Below, one piece after another: positions 51,826-64,000 of a stretch of DNA of 64,000 bases; within the stretch, counting starts at the first letter, position 1, and each line of letters opens with the position of its first letter. The DNA lies in NCBI RefSeq assembly GCF_006345805.1, contig NC_043019.1, positions 8,183,360 to 8,247,359 of the forward strand, given 5' to 3'. This DNA is from Octopus sinensis. Lineage: Eukaryota. Position numbers and translations under genes: made by a program. The notes below the pieces were generated by a model, which did no database searches, was not told the DNA's origin, and saw nothing but the letters and a program-made list of their open reading frames with translations.

Positions 51826-52613
51826 AGAGAGACAGCGACAGTTAAAGACGCAAAAAAGTGAAAGAGAGAGACAGATAGAGAGGGGGAGAGTTTGAGAAGG
51901 AAATGTGAGAGATTGTGTGTTTCTCAGTCCAGGCGTCTGTCTTTCATTATTACTAGGATAACCGCCAGTACAAGTATTATGGTCGTGGCTGAGGGTGAGT
52001 CAACTTGAGAACGTGACTCTACTCACCCCTCCCTCACAATGCACTGCGGCCTTTTCCGATTCTAATTGTCAAAACTGGAGCGACGAAGTTTATGGCTTCT
52101 GGAGACAATCTGATTAATTACATAACACTATCCTTGTTTGCAACATAGTAGAGCAGGCTGGTGAAGCCTTTGTCGTTTCCATCTCGATCTGGGAAGTATT
52201 GTCTTTCACTTTAAGAATAATTTTACAAACACTGGGAGGAATATTTTGTTAAACTAACATAGTTGGAAGTAATTTTCGAATGCTACAGGTGGGCTTCAAA
52301 AAATGGTTCCCTAAATATATCCTCTTCAGATGACACCTACTAGAAAATTGGAACTCCCTATTGGCTTGTTATGCTTCTCCGAGTTAATAAAGGAATGTTA
52401 TTTTCTTCTCTGATTAAGGGAAAATAACCCGTACTCATCAACGTTTTTCATATTCCTCGAGTTGTGAGCGCTTCCTCACGTCTGCGACGTGGATATTTTG
52501 AGCTTTTGTTTTATATAGAGTCTGACGAGCTGTCTACAAGGCTTCGGCTTTGTGGGTGCGAAACCTTGGGTAACTCTATATAAAATTTTGCTGTAATATA
52601 TATATAACACACT

Positions 52614-52712
<99 letters not shown>

Positions 52713-53061
52713 CATTACACATAGTATAATGTTCGATGTACAGATTTTTAACATATCATCTTTCTACAGATTAAAAGTAAACAATGCTATTTGAAACTCC
52801 CGAGGCTGCTCTTCATAGTAATCCCGCTTTTCTTCAACAGGTGAATAATGGAAGGTGTTTCACCTGTCACCTGCAAGTAAAACCTGTTGGACACAAATAA
52901 ACGTGTGTAGAATAATACGTTGCTGAGACTATATTGTTGCATTGTTCGAGTTATTTATGTCTTCCCCAAATGGAATATTTGGGATTCTGAAATACCATAA
53001 TCATAAATGAGAGAGAAGTATTTTGATCAACTTTTATTTATCAATTAGAAAAATTCTCTAA

Positions 53062-53102
53062 TTACGACATATTTGTTTCGTTACTCTCAACCTTTCAAGT
53101 AA
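53062..53102 (-). ncRNA. Candidate variant hammerhead (UUGA-type core)
   Basis: Minus strand reads UUAC UUGAAAG GUU gagagu AAC GAAAC aaauau GUC GUAA: 4-bp stem I, 3-bp stem II, GUC triplet, non-canonical core. Confidence 0.42.
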
Positions 53103-53190
53103 CTTATATTTTATGATGAATAAATTACTTACATATCTTCCTTGATATATGTTTTGTAGGATGATAAGTTTAGGAGCTTTTCTATGAGTA

Positions 53191-53454
53191 AAATACAAAA
53201 ATAAATGCGCCATTTTAAAGCCTAGCCAATCTCATGGGCCCGGTTTCCCGGTTTCTATGGCGTATGTGTTCCCCAGCTGGACGGGACGCCAGTCCATCGC
53301 AGCGTTACTCATTTTTGCCAGCTGAGTGGACTGGAGCAACGTGAAATGAAGTGTTTTGCTGAAGAACACAACGCGTCGCCCGGTCCAGGAATCGAAACCA
53401 CAATCTTACGCTCATGATGCTAACACCCTAACCACTAAGCCACGTGCCTCCACT
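53191..53454 (-). mobile_element. tRNA-head + CORE-like + V-domain-like SINE with 13-bp TSD
   Basis: Reverse strand: agtggaggcacgtggcttagtggttagg...gtttcgattcc...cagcaaaacactt...ggcaaaaatgagt, then gctgcgatggactggcgtcccgtccag. Direct repeat ttttctatgagta at 53178-53190 and 53455-53467. Confidence 0.88.
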
Positions 53455-54061
53455 TTTTCTATGAGTACTACCGCATTACTGGAATCCAAATATTGTGACT
53501 ACTCTTATAGCTACTCTGGACGCCTTAGGCCGAGTCCCGCATGGAGGACTCAGGTTTTATGCTCAAGTTCATTTGAGCATCACTATCTGTTTTTCTACAC
53601 TGAGCATATCTAACTCACTTATTGTCTATGTACATACACAGACATATATACACGCGCGTGCAGGCAGATAGAAGCCCATGTTAAACTAATAAGAGAAAGG
53701 CGTTGATTTTTCAATGATAAGCATTTGGAATATTTCGAAGATATCCTTTTCTTTTTTCTTTCTTTTTTCTTTTTTTTTTTTGGCTTTCCTTTTCATTTCG
53801 AACGATTTGCCAGGCGTTGATCCTTTCAATGTTTCTAAACGATTAGTTTATGAATGTTAAACATATTGAATATTGCATCGATGCTTATATCGTGTTTGTG
53901 CAAACTATCATCTTTCGAGATTGTTGATTTAAGCCTTCCGACGTGCAGCCGAAGCAAACTGCAAATGTCAAACTGCAAACTGCACAAACGTTTATCTCAT
54001 CTAAAACGATTGCACAATAATATTTTGCATTAATCTCTTCAATATGTTCATGCTCATAGAT

Positions 54062-54500
54062 TTCCACTTTTTCTTCTTCGTTTCTTCCTCCTCCTCATCC
54101 CCCACCCGTTCTTCTTCACCTCCTTCATCATTTCCTTCATTACCTTTCCTCCTTCCCCTTTTCCTCCTCCTCCTCCTCCACTTCATTTTCTCCCTCAACT
54201 TCCACCTTTACCTCTTTCGTCTTCTTCTTCGTCTTCTTTCGCTTCTTTTCCCACTTCCTCTTCACCCCTTCACCTTCTCCTTCCTCACACTTCCTCCTTT
54301 TCTTCTTCCTCCTCCTCCCCCAATTTTTCCTCCTCTACTTCCACTTTCAACCCTTTTTTCATCTTCTTCATCTTCTTCCGCTTTTCTACTTCTTCCACCA
54401 CCTCCCCCTCATCCCCTTCCGCTTATCGTTCCTCTTCTTTTTCTTCCTCTTTTCCTTTCTTTTCTTCTTGTTCTTCTTTTTCTTCTTATTCTTATTCTTC
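54062..54500. repeat. (CTT)/(CCT) polypyrimidine low-complexity tract
   Basis: Read directly; it explains the L/P/S-rich ORFs. Confidence 0.92.
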
Positions 54501-54536
54501 TCTTTGTTGTTGCTGTTGTCACAGTTATTATTCTTA

Positions 54537-54625
54537 AGGTACTGAACAGGCAGAATCTTTCGCGAAATAGTTGCCCTTATTTCCTCCGGATCATTACGCT
54601 CTGAGTTCAAATACTCCGGGTGTAG
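54537..54625 (+). mobile_element. Degraded OK-type SINE head
   Basis: aggcagaatc...ttacgctctgagttcaaatactcc. Confidence 0.5.
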
Positions 54626-54819
54626 TCAGTGTCTCTCAACCATCCCTATAGGCACAGACACGCTGCTCTTCGTCTTTGCTTTTAATCATAGCGGCGTCGA
54701 TGAAATAAATTCCAGTTGCCTGCAGCAAAAGTCTTGGTGGCCATGGATTGGATTTTTTTTGGTTCTTCCACGAGAATTCCTCGAACGTCTCTTTCCTATT
54801 GAGAATCACACATTGTTCA

Positions 54820-54870
<51 letters not shown>

Positions 54871-55183
54871 CATCATCATCATCCTTTCATTAATCTCTTT
54901 CTGTCAATGCATCTCCACCCAGTGACGCTTACTCACAGAGCGTGACGTGTCCGGGGTTTGACACGCTCACTACCAGTTCTCGAGAACACCAGAAATGCTG
55001 AGAAACAAGCTACTAATAAAATTTGTTAAACACTGTTATCCCACAGGAATGGTGAATGGGCGGAACGATGTGAAATAACATACGAAATGGTAATGGAGAA
55101 TATATGAGATGTAAGGTACAGCAGGATATTAAGTGCTTCCAGTCTTCTTGTAATTGAATCGGCAACTAGGTCACAGAAGTGGA

Positions 55184-55283
55184 NNNNNNNNNNNNNNNNN
55201 NNNNNNNNNNNNNNNNNNNNNNNNNNNNNNNNNNNNNNNNNNNNNNNNNNNNNNNNNNNNNNNNNNNNNNNNNNNNNNNNNNN
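55184..55283. other. Assembly gap (100 N)
   Basis: Run of exactly 100 N, typical of a placeholder gap of unknown true size. Confidence 0.99.
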
Positions 55284-55510
55284 TCTTGTATATGACACCA
55301 CACACACACACACACACATATATATACATATAAATACTGGTATGTATATATATATATATGTGTGTTTAAATATATATGGGTGTGTGTGTGAAAATACATA
55401 CATGTACATATATATGTATATATGTATATATATATATATATGCATGTATATATACTCAGACACGTATACACACATATCAATATGGTTTTATCTGTGTAAG
55501 AATATGTGCG

Positions 55511-55561
<51 letters not shown>

Positions 55562-56310
55562 CTAAATTTAGCCTCATCTAATTTGTCATAAAAATTTAGA
55601 GAAACAAGAAAATATAGTAAAACCGCTCACATGCTACATTTCACATACAGAAACGCGTGCACTCATGTATTTCAGTTTGTGTGTGTGTGTGTGTATTTTT
55701 CTGGGTGTATATATGTGTGTATGAGTGTGTATTTGTGCGCGCCCCTCGTGTGTGCATGCGCAGGATTTTGTTGGCTTTTGTTTGAACATCTTTGAAATTT
55801 TGAATGTCTGTCACTGAAATTTTGCTTTCCACATGAATCTTACTTATATGAATGGGTTTAATACTAAAGGAAATACCGATGTCTAATTTGTAGAATGAGA
55901 CGATGCTGTATTGATCGCCATCAGGCGTAACGACATTCCGACATTTGCTTTTCAGTTACGCCGTGAGGTTGCGACGCAGTAATTTTGTGACAAGATGGTG
56001 CATATAATGATACACCCTGCGCACCAGTCCCTTTGTCCTTTTGTGCTTCTTGCGAAACACTCTTTGTTGTTTAAATTAAGCTCGATTCTGATCAAGCAGA
56101 CGTATTCTTCCAAGTTGCTTCAGATATCAAATTCATAACGATGAATCACTAACTAGAACTGCATTTTCGCTTTAAGTTATCGTTTATTTATTGTTACAAT
56201 TGATGTGTTACACGCTATAAACATTCGTTTCAGCCATGGGGGCAAAAGTGTCCTGACGTTCAGTCCCTTTTTGTTCTGAAAAAAGAGAATGAAAGGGTAG
56301 GAGAGGTGAG

Positions 56311-56322
56311 ATAGATAGATAC

Positions 56323-56363
<41 letters not shown>

Positions 56364-56410
56364 CGGATAGATAGATAGATAGATACATAGATACATAGAT
56401 AGATAGATAC

Positions 56411-56441
<31 letters not shown>

Positions 56442-56442
56442 C

Positions 56443-56519
<77 letters not shown>

Positions 56520-56530
56520 CGGATAGATAG
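56311..56530. repeat. (GATA)n microsatellite
   Basis: Read directly. Confidence 0.97.
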
Positions 56531-57419
56531 GCGGCCGTTGAGAAGAGGTTGGTGTTTCTAACATGTTCAGACACATACATGTACACACACACACACACAC
56601 ATATATATATGCAAGCTTGCAGTGTGATACACACACACACAATCACACAAACATACACATACACACACACAGAGACACACATACATGCATACTCGTAACG
56701 GTGTACACATATATTTTCATATACAGTAGAGATGAGAGAGACAAAAATGTAATAATCCCAGAGCAACGTAGTCTCAATGAAAACAACGACAACACTAAGA
56801 ATAACAATAATAGAGACAACAGCGCGAACAGTCAGCGGCGTAGGGGAGAAGGTAAACAAGAGACGGGTCGCTGCGACCGTTTTACGATATCAGGTTCAAT
56901 TACCTCCCGCCAGGCAGGCGCTCGCTTTGGATGTTCATAAACAGCTTTGTAAAGCCGAGGCAGCGCCAGGTCAACGACCGCGCACCCCCGAACACGCCCA
57001 CGCACACGTAACCGACCACTCGCGTACTTATACACACACACAGTACCGGATCTACAGTTACAACTGTCTACAAAGAGAGGCACACACATACACATACGCA
57101 CAATTATATGCAGAAACACAAACTCCGATGCATCCACACTCGCGTACAAACACCACCAGGCTTGTACACACATTAAATCCGCCTTCTTCCTCAAGCAACA
57201 TGGTAACCAGGTCATTACATGTCACTAGCAAAGTACTCACGTCTTCGCACCAGCCGACCTTTGGACGGTTTTCCTGATCGCTTCTTTGTTTCTTTCCAAT
57301 GATACAATATTAAACGATCCAAGTGCATTACGTAAATCAATATAACACTATATGAAAACAGACGCACTCTGTCCATTCTCGCTGGATATATGCGGTCTCA
57401 CATTTCACTGGATTGTAAG

Positions 57420-57587
57420 GAGCAGGCGTGGCTGCGTGGTAAGAATGTTGCTTCCCAAACTCATGGCTCCAGGTTCAGTCTCACTACGACGCATCTTGAG
57501 CAAGCGTTTTCTACTATACCTTCGGGCCGACCAAAGTTTTACAAGTACATTTGGTAGACGGAAACTGAAAGAAGCCCGAAGTATATA
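57420..57587 (+). mobile_element. OR-type SINE 5' half
   Basis: caggcgtggctgcgtggtaag...ggttcagtctcact...cgggccgaccaaag...gacggaaactgaaagaagcccg. Confidence 0.85.
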
Positions 57588-57590
57588 AAT

Positions 57591-57724
57591 TCTTTTATTA
57601 CTTTCAAGCATTTTACCACGGTCATCCTGGAGCACCGCCTTTAGTCGAACAGGTCGACCCTGGTACTTATTCTTTATAAGCCTAGTATTTTATTCTATCG
57701 GCGTCTTTTGCCAAACCACTAAGT
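57591..57724 (-). mobile_element. OR-type SINE 3' half in opposite orientation
   Basis: ctggagcaccgcctttagtcga...gtacttattcttt.taagcctagta.tttattctatcgg..tcttttgcc.aacc.ctaagtt. Confidence 0.85.
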
Positions 57725-58029
57725 TAAAAATCCCTTAAGGCAGTGCCGCAGTTTGATGATTGAAACAAGTAAAAGACTAAAGACATGAGATATATGCACA
57801 AAATAGTATGCATGTATGTATACATATATGTATATATGTGTACGTACGTATGTATGTTTTAATACATGTGTAAAGTGTATAATCTGTAATTTTCTACAAG
57901 TATCTGTCTTTTGGCCCATTGGTTTGTAGCTCATCCCATTTTCCATCGCACACAAATGAGTGAAAGTAAATTATCTCTCATGGCTCCAAATTGCCAGCTG
58001 CCGTACAGCAATGAATGTTCAACGGAATG

Positions 58030-58142
58030 AATTGGAGTAACGTGGTATTATGCGTTTTCCAAAAGAACACCCTGGTCTCTCCGATCTGGGATGCAAAAAT
58101 CACAATCTTCTAACTGCGAATACAAAAAATGAAGCCACATGA
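58030..58142 (-). mobile_element. Very degraded head of the 53191/61351-type SINE
   Basis: ggagtaacgtg...aagaacac...cacaatctt...aagccac align loosely with 53330-53445. Confidence 0.45.
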
Positions 58143-58220
58143 TTTCGCTTAAACGCACACCGAGCCCGTACACTTATGCACACACACATAGACGCTGGCA
58201 CATACAAGCACACGAATATA

Positions 58221-58452
58221 TATTTCTTTACTACCCGCAAGGGGCTAAACACAGAGGGGACAATCAAGGACAGACAAGCAGATTAAATCGATTACATCGA
58301 CCCCCAGTGCGTAACTGGTGCTTAATTTATCGACCCCGAAAGAATGAAAGGCAAAGTCGACCTCGGCGGAATTTGAACTCGGACCGTAACGGCAGACGAA
58401 ATACGGCTACGCATTTCGCCCGTCGTGCTAACGATTCTGCCAGCTCGCAGCC
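58221..58452 (-). mobile_element. Full-length OK-type SINE (tail A) with 19-bp TSD
   Basis: Direct repeat atacaagcacacg(a/g)atata at 58202-58220 and 58455-58473. Confidence 0.95.
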
Positions 58453-59372
58453 ATATACAAGCACACGGATATAACAGGAAAATGGAGTCTTGAATTGTCA
58501 GTTCTCTCAATGCACTCTGAACTCAAAACGATCTCAGGCCTGACAAAAAATATCGAAGTCCAACTAATTCTGCTGCAGTGAGGAAAGCACTGGCGCGGTT
58601 CAACATGATGGAAGCACTTCTGTCAACAAGAAATTGGATTCAATAGGTAAAAGACGAAATGAATGCTTGTGCACGAAACTGCGTCGATTTTGCATGTGAT
58701 ACTGCCACAAGGAGACGCGGAACGTGGACGAACCAAGTTCTTTGGGGTTGTGGAACGTGTAGTCTTAAAGTACACGGCACTGTTATCTACATAACAAAAC
58801 TGATGTTCGAAAAGTATAACGGTATCTGTGTGTGTGTGAGTGTGTGTATAAGTGTTTGCGTGTGCGGTCATGTGTACGAGTGAGTGCTTTGATATCTACA
58901 GTGAATTCATACAGTTTGTTTCCAGGCAATATTATCAATGCGGAAGTATGGGAACGTTGATTTCATGATATGTTAATTCCATGCAGGAAATGAATATGTG
59001 AGTGTATATATATATAATTTCAAATTTACTCACACAGTCTTATAGTACGTACACACGTACAGCAACTCAAGAAGACAGATATATATTATTAGCGGATAAA
59101 GATATATGTAGAAAGTTTATGTATGCGTGTGTGGGTGTGTGCCCGCACACGCTTCTATGCAAGTGATTATGTTTCTGTGTTACTTGTATGTGATACGTAC
59201 ATGAATAAGTATGAGTGTAATTAGAAGGAGAAGAATGAGTTTATTTTTCTTCGTTTTTTTCAAGTGCGGGAATCCGACTTGCCTTGTGAAGCTCGCACGC
59301 ATCTGTTTAGTAAATTCGATACTGTGTAACAGCAACAAGCCAACAGCGTTCATAGTAATTAAAACAAACACT

Positions 59373-59636
59373 AATGATGATGATGAAGAGGAGGAGGAGG
59401 GGGAAGATGAAGTTGATGAGGATGATGATGATGATGAAGATGACGATGATGATGATGATGATGAGGAAGATGTAGATGATGATGATGATGATGAGGGGGA
59501 GGAGGAGGAGGATGATGACGATGATGACGACGACGATGATGATGATGAGGAGGAGGAGGAGGGGGAGGATGATGATGATGATGACGATGATGATAATGAT
59601 GTTGACGATGAAGATGATGATGAATATGATGGTGAA

Positions 59637-59667
<31 letters not shown>

Positions 59668-59950
59668 ATCAAAATGAAGTTGAGGATAATGATGATGAAG
59701 ATGATGATGATGAATATGATTATGATTATGAAGACGATGATGATGATGATAGAGGTGATGATGAGGATGATGATGACGATGACGGCAATGATGATGTCGA
59801 GGAATACGAGGAAGAGGAGGGGAACGCTGCTCCTTCTGAAGCAAATGATGGTGTCGACGACGACAAATACAACGCTGGTGATGATGACGAAAAGGACGAC
59901 GAGGATGATGATGATGATGGTATCGATGATGATGATGATGGCGGCAATGA
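59373..59950. repeat. (GAT)/(GAG)/(GAC) compound triplet repeat
   Basis: Read directly; it produces stop-free poly-D/E, poly-M, poly-H and poly-I frames. Confidence 0.92.
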
Positions 59951-61311
59951 TAAAAGGAATACTCCCCCCCCATCTCCTCTCTTTCACTCGTCGTCAAGCT
60001 TTCAAAATTTTAATTGATTTTTAAATATAATTCAACATAAATAAATACTTAGTAATCTTTGATTGTGTTGTAACGTCACCCCTTCAAAGATTCTTGCAGT
60101 AAAGCAATAAATTTGCATTTGAGAATAGTTTCTAAGCTACAATTGAGAACTAATAGATCAAAAATGACTTCAAATAATTTGATATCATTAATCTTTCGAA
60201 AATGTCGTTTAAGAATTATTCTAGTGCAAATTCTATACTTGGGTAAGTCTTTGTTCTTACTGGTAAAAGTGGTTTTTGTTTTCCCTCGATGTTGTTGTTG
60301 ATGTTCTAGTTGCTTATATTCTTATTCTGTATTGTTTCGGCATTGATGGTTATTCTAAATTTTGCCAAAGATTATTATTTTCTTTTTGCTGCAGAACTAA
60401 TTTTATCGGTCTCTGTTTGCCAAATCCCCAGCTGATAATTTGCGGGAATATAAAACACACCAAGAGAAATAGTAAAACCGATGAAAAAGCAAAGAATAAT
60501 AATATATAATATAATAATACTGGTTTTCCAGCGATTGTTGGTCACAAACACAAAGACATCAATACTTGCATAGATACTCACAGGAACACACACACACACA
60601 CACATATACACTCAAGCTCGCTGTTTTACATTGGTTTGATATTGCACCGTATATTCTATAGTGTATCAGTGGAAGTCTACATATGACAAGAATATGGGAA
60701 GAATGCTAGCAAGGCATGCAGCATTAATGAAGCTCAAACATCAATAATGGAAAATGTAATGCTATAACATGTGTTGCAACAATATCAAGAGAACGTACAG
60801 TCATAAAGCAATAGAAAATTATTACCTAATTACTGTCAATATATTTTATAATTTGTATATATATATACGTTACGATTCATTTTTATTATGGTTAGTATTC
60901 GTTACTAAAGACAATATATGCGTGAATGCAGCTATCCTAATTACGTTTATGTACCGTGAAAAAGTGTCACTGTCTCTTTTATATTATAGTTACGTACCTA
61001 TTTGATGCAAAACGATCGAGAGAAGTATATTTTTTGTTTATATATAACATGCAGTTATACAATTAGATATTGTTACATACAAAGAGAAAGTGAATCGAAG
61101 CAAGCTGATATGTCCTTGTGTAATAGCAAGCTTAGTATTACATATATTAAAGCAATGAGCATACACGAATGTTCCCCATCTATTTTGATTTTTTTATAAT
61201 ATCTAGAAAAATATGATATCATGTATGTATGTATGTATGTATGTATGTATGTATCTATCTATCTATCTCTCTATCTATGCATATATATACACACATAATA
61301 TATATATTTCT

Positions 61312-61350
<39 letters not shown>

Positions 61351-61354
<4 letters not shown>

Positions 61355-61678
61355 GAGGAACGTGGCTTAGTGGTTGGGGCATTCTCCTCACGATCGTAAG
61401 GTCGTTATTTCAATTCCGGGTGACTCATTGTGTCCTTGAGCAAGACACTTTATTCTCACATTGCTGCAGTGCACACCTTTGGCAAAAATGAGTTGTACCT
61501 GTATTTGAAAGAGCCACTCTTTTCACTCTCTGCGTCACGCTGAATCTCCCTGAAAACTACGTTAAGAGTACACGTGACTGCGGAGTGCTCAGCCACCTGC
61601 ACTTTAATTTCAGGAGCAAGCTGTCCTGTTGATTGCATTAGCTTAGACCCTCGCCGTCGTAATCGATGAAGTGCTCCA
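61351..61678 (+). mobile_element. Full-length SINE: tRNA head + CORE-like segment + distinct 3' module
   Basis: Head shared with 53191-53454 up to ggcaaaaatgagt (61493). The 3' module tgtacctgtatttgaaag...ccctcgccgtcgtaatcgatgaagtg also occurs at 27602 and 44711. Confidence 0.87.
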
Positions 61679-62006
61679 ATATATATACATATATATATGT
61701 GTGTGTGTTTGTGTATGTGTGTGTGTGTGTGTTAATTATATACTGTTTAGAGCAATCAAATTTTCAGAATGGAAGCAACCACTTGTGTATTTCTTTGCAT
61801 GAAATACAATCATAAACACACTCGTCCATAAACATGTTTATGATTTTGTACGTGTATATTCTTACAACCACAGACAGACACACACGCACACACACCACAC
61901 ACTTACACACTCGTGCACACACTCCTACACGCCAAACACCCCACATATACAAACACATGCATGAGTAACTCCGATTTATTCTTTATTATTTGGAAATTAT
62001 TCTCAG

Positions 62007-62047
<41 letters not shown>

Positions 62048-63509
62048 TATATATATATAATATATATATATATATATACATATATATACATGTGACTCAC
62101 TGAGACTAATGTGCATTTGTTTTGTGAGATTGATTTGCGTCTCAGTAAAAGCCCTGTCCCCCAAATACAGGCTACACATCCACGACCTTCACTCAGTCAT
62201 ATCGCCCACATAGTCATAAATATACAATCGTTTGTGTTTGTGTGTGTGCTTGTGTGTGGGAGTGTATATATGCGTGAATGTGTGTGCGAGCGAGTGTGTA
62301 TATCAATTAAGCATCGCATGTATAACTACTTTCGTGGAGAAAGATATAAAGAAAATTTTATTTATACCTCTGCCAACATCACAACTTTATTCCGCTGACT
62401 TCCCATATTCCCTGTTGTCGCTGCAGTAGATCTTAATTAACCATTGACAACACGCCCAAAAGTTAGATTTAGATTATTGGCAAGAAAAACCTATTAAACA
62501 GAAGCTAATATAGACAGAGCTGAAAAGTATAATCTTGCCAGGAATTTTTAAACCGTGAATTATTTTATAGACACTCAATGGTTGTAGTGAAAACGTAAAC
62601 AGTTTCAGTAACATAGGAACAAGTTTATTTCTTAAAGAGCGCAGAGTACAGCGACTTAGTCTTTCGAAGATATGATGTTCAAGCAATTGTACCGACCAGT
62701 GTTTCAATTCAAATTGTTGCTTCTGATTTTGTTTATGCCTAGGACAGCCCTTACCACTCAGATCTCTCTCGTTTGTAATAGGAATGAATGATGACAACAA
62801 TAAGTTTCACATTTTGAATTACGAATTATTTTTCATAGCAAATTTCACCGATATACACAAGCTGCACTCATTTGAAATAGGCGGGTTTTTGACTATGTTG
62901 TATTTGATTGTAAGGATGTGTAAACCCGTGTTTCCTTATTTATTCTCAAAGTACTTTTAATAATGAAAGACGTGTTTACACATCCTTGCAATCAAATATC
63001 ACATTAAAAACCTCCTCAAAATTTCAATATGTGCCACTGGCGAGAAATTTCCCCCTAAATAAGTTTGGGGTTTATGCCAGAGTTGAGAGAGGCTTACATT
63101 TTGAAAATATACAGCAAGCATGTTCGTTCGTATGTTCGTATGTTTGGTTTTAATTGGCTGCGTATATGATAGTAATACATAGTTGGGATTTGTTAACATA
63201 ATCATAAATGTAAACTAATGCGTACTTAGAAATGACCCGACATGTTATAAACTTTGGTAGTCAGTCGTTGTTGTGGTCGCGTGCAAATACGTTCTTTAAA
63301 CACACGTACATAGGCGGACGTATGTAAACAAAGGAAGGCAAAGATGAACTTATGTAAGGGCATATACATGTAAAATACAGACATGTGTTTATATATATAT
63401 AAAGGCGTAATACATGCGTGATATAGAGAGATATATACCCAGAATATCGTCATCACAGCACCAGGTTGAATTCAATTCTGCATAAAGATTTATGTATCTC
63501 TGTGCATAT

Positions 63510-63541
63510 GTGCACCTATGTATCTTATATATACCTGTATA

Positions 63542-63595
<54 letters not shown>

Positions 63596-63860
63596 CATAT
63601 ATATACACATATATATGTATATATATACACACATATATATATATATATATATACATATATATACACATATATATGTATATATATACACATATATATATAT
63701 ACATAAATATATATATATATACGTGTATGTATATATATATATATTCATACATATACACATGTAAATATATATATATATGTATATATATATATCTATATAT
63801 ATATATAAGTGTACGTGTGTGTGTGTATGCTTGTGTATATATACATATATATAATATACA
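63510..63860. repeat. (TA)n-rich microsatellite
   Basis: Read directly. Confidence 0.95.
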
Positions 63861-64000
63861 CGATACGTACATATATCACTTTATGCATATACCCAGAGAC
63901 ACAAAAACATTCTACGCATATGTTTCTCGTTATAAGATCCTTTAATTGGTGTACATTTCCCTCGTGAGCATATACATATACATATATATTCCATGCGGCG

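Noticed and set aside
40174-55921. Identical 16-mer ctgtattgatcgccat at 40174 and 55906
   Set aside because: The flanks do not align, so it is coincidence or an unrecognisable old repeat.
17404-58474. Recurring ORFs containing 'YRPRKNERQSRPWRNLNS' (17404, 39777, 58139 and others)
   Set aside because: They are antisense translations of OK-type SINE copies, not a gene family.
320-63945. The many [12 protein letters not shown]/poly-I/poly-S/poly-E ORFs in the supplied track
   Set aside because: They are translations of (TA)n, (CA)n, (TACA)n, (ATT)n, (CTT)n and similar repeats, with no domain-like sequence.

Overview
AT-rich eukaryotic genomic DNA, most likely octopus (inferred from very dense (TA)n/(CA)n/(TACA)n/(GATA)n/(AAT)n microsatellites and abundant tRNA-derived SINEs resembling the octopus OK- and OR-type families). 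It contains one 100-N assembly gap. I cannot support any intact host protein-coding gene: almost every ORF in the supplied track is a translation of simple repeats, so the window reads as intronic or intergenic. Supported content: about 30 SINE copies or fragments in three head families with swappable 3' modules; a 5'-truncated R4/Dong-like LINE end sitting inside a (TAA)n tract; faint LINE and Tc1 relics; and several minimal type-I hammerhead ribozyme (HHR) motifs of the Penelope-like-element (PLE) kind. The most striking structures are two unrelated, near-perfect fold-back elements (8671-9085 and 14421-14690). Each is flanked by (TA)n and carries a hammerhead motif in both arms pointing away from the palindrome centre. 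A dispersed ~330-bp repeat (two copies) has a long internal stem with an apparent compensatory change. Family names and ribozyme activity come from recalled consensus features and were not checked by database search or experiment.
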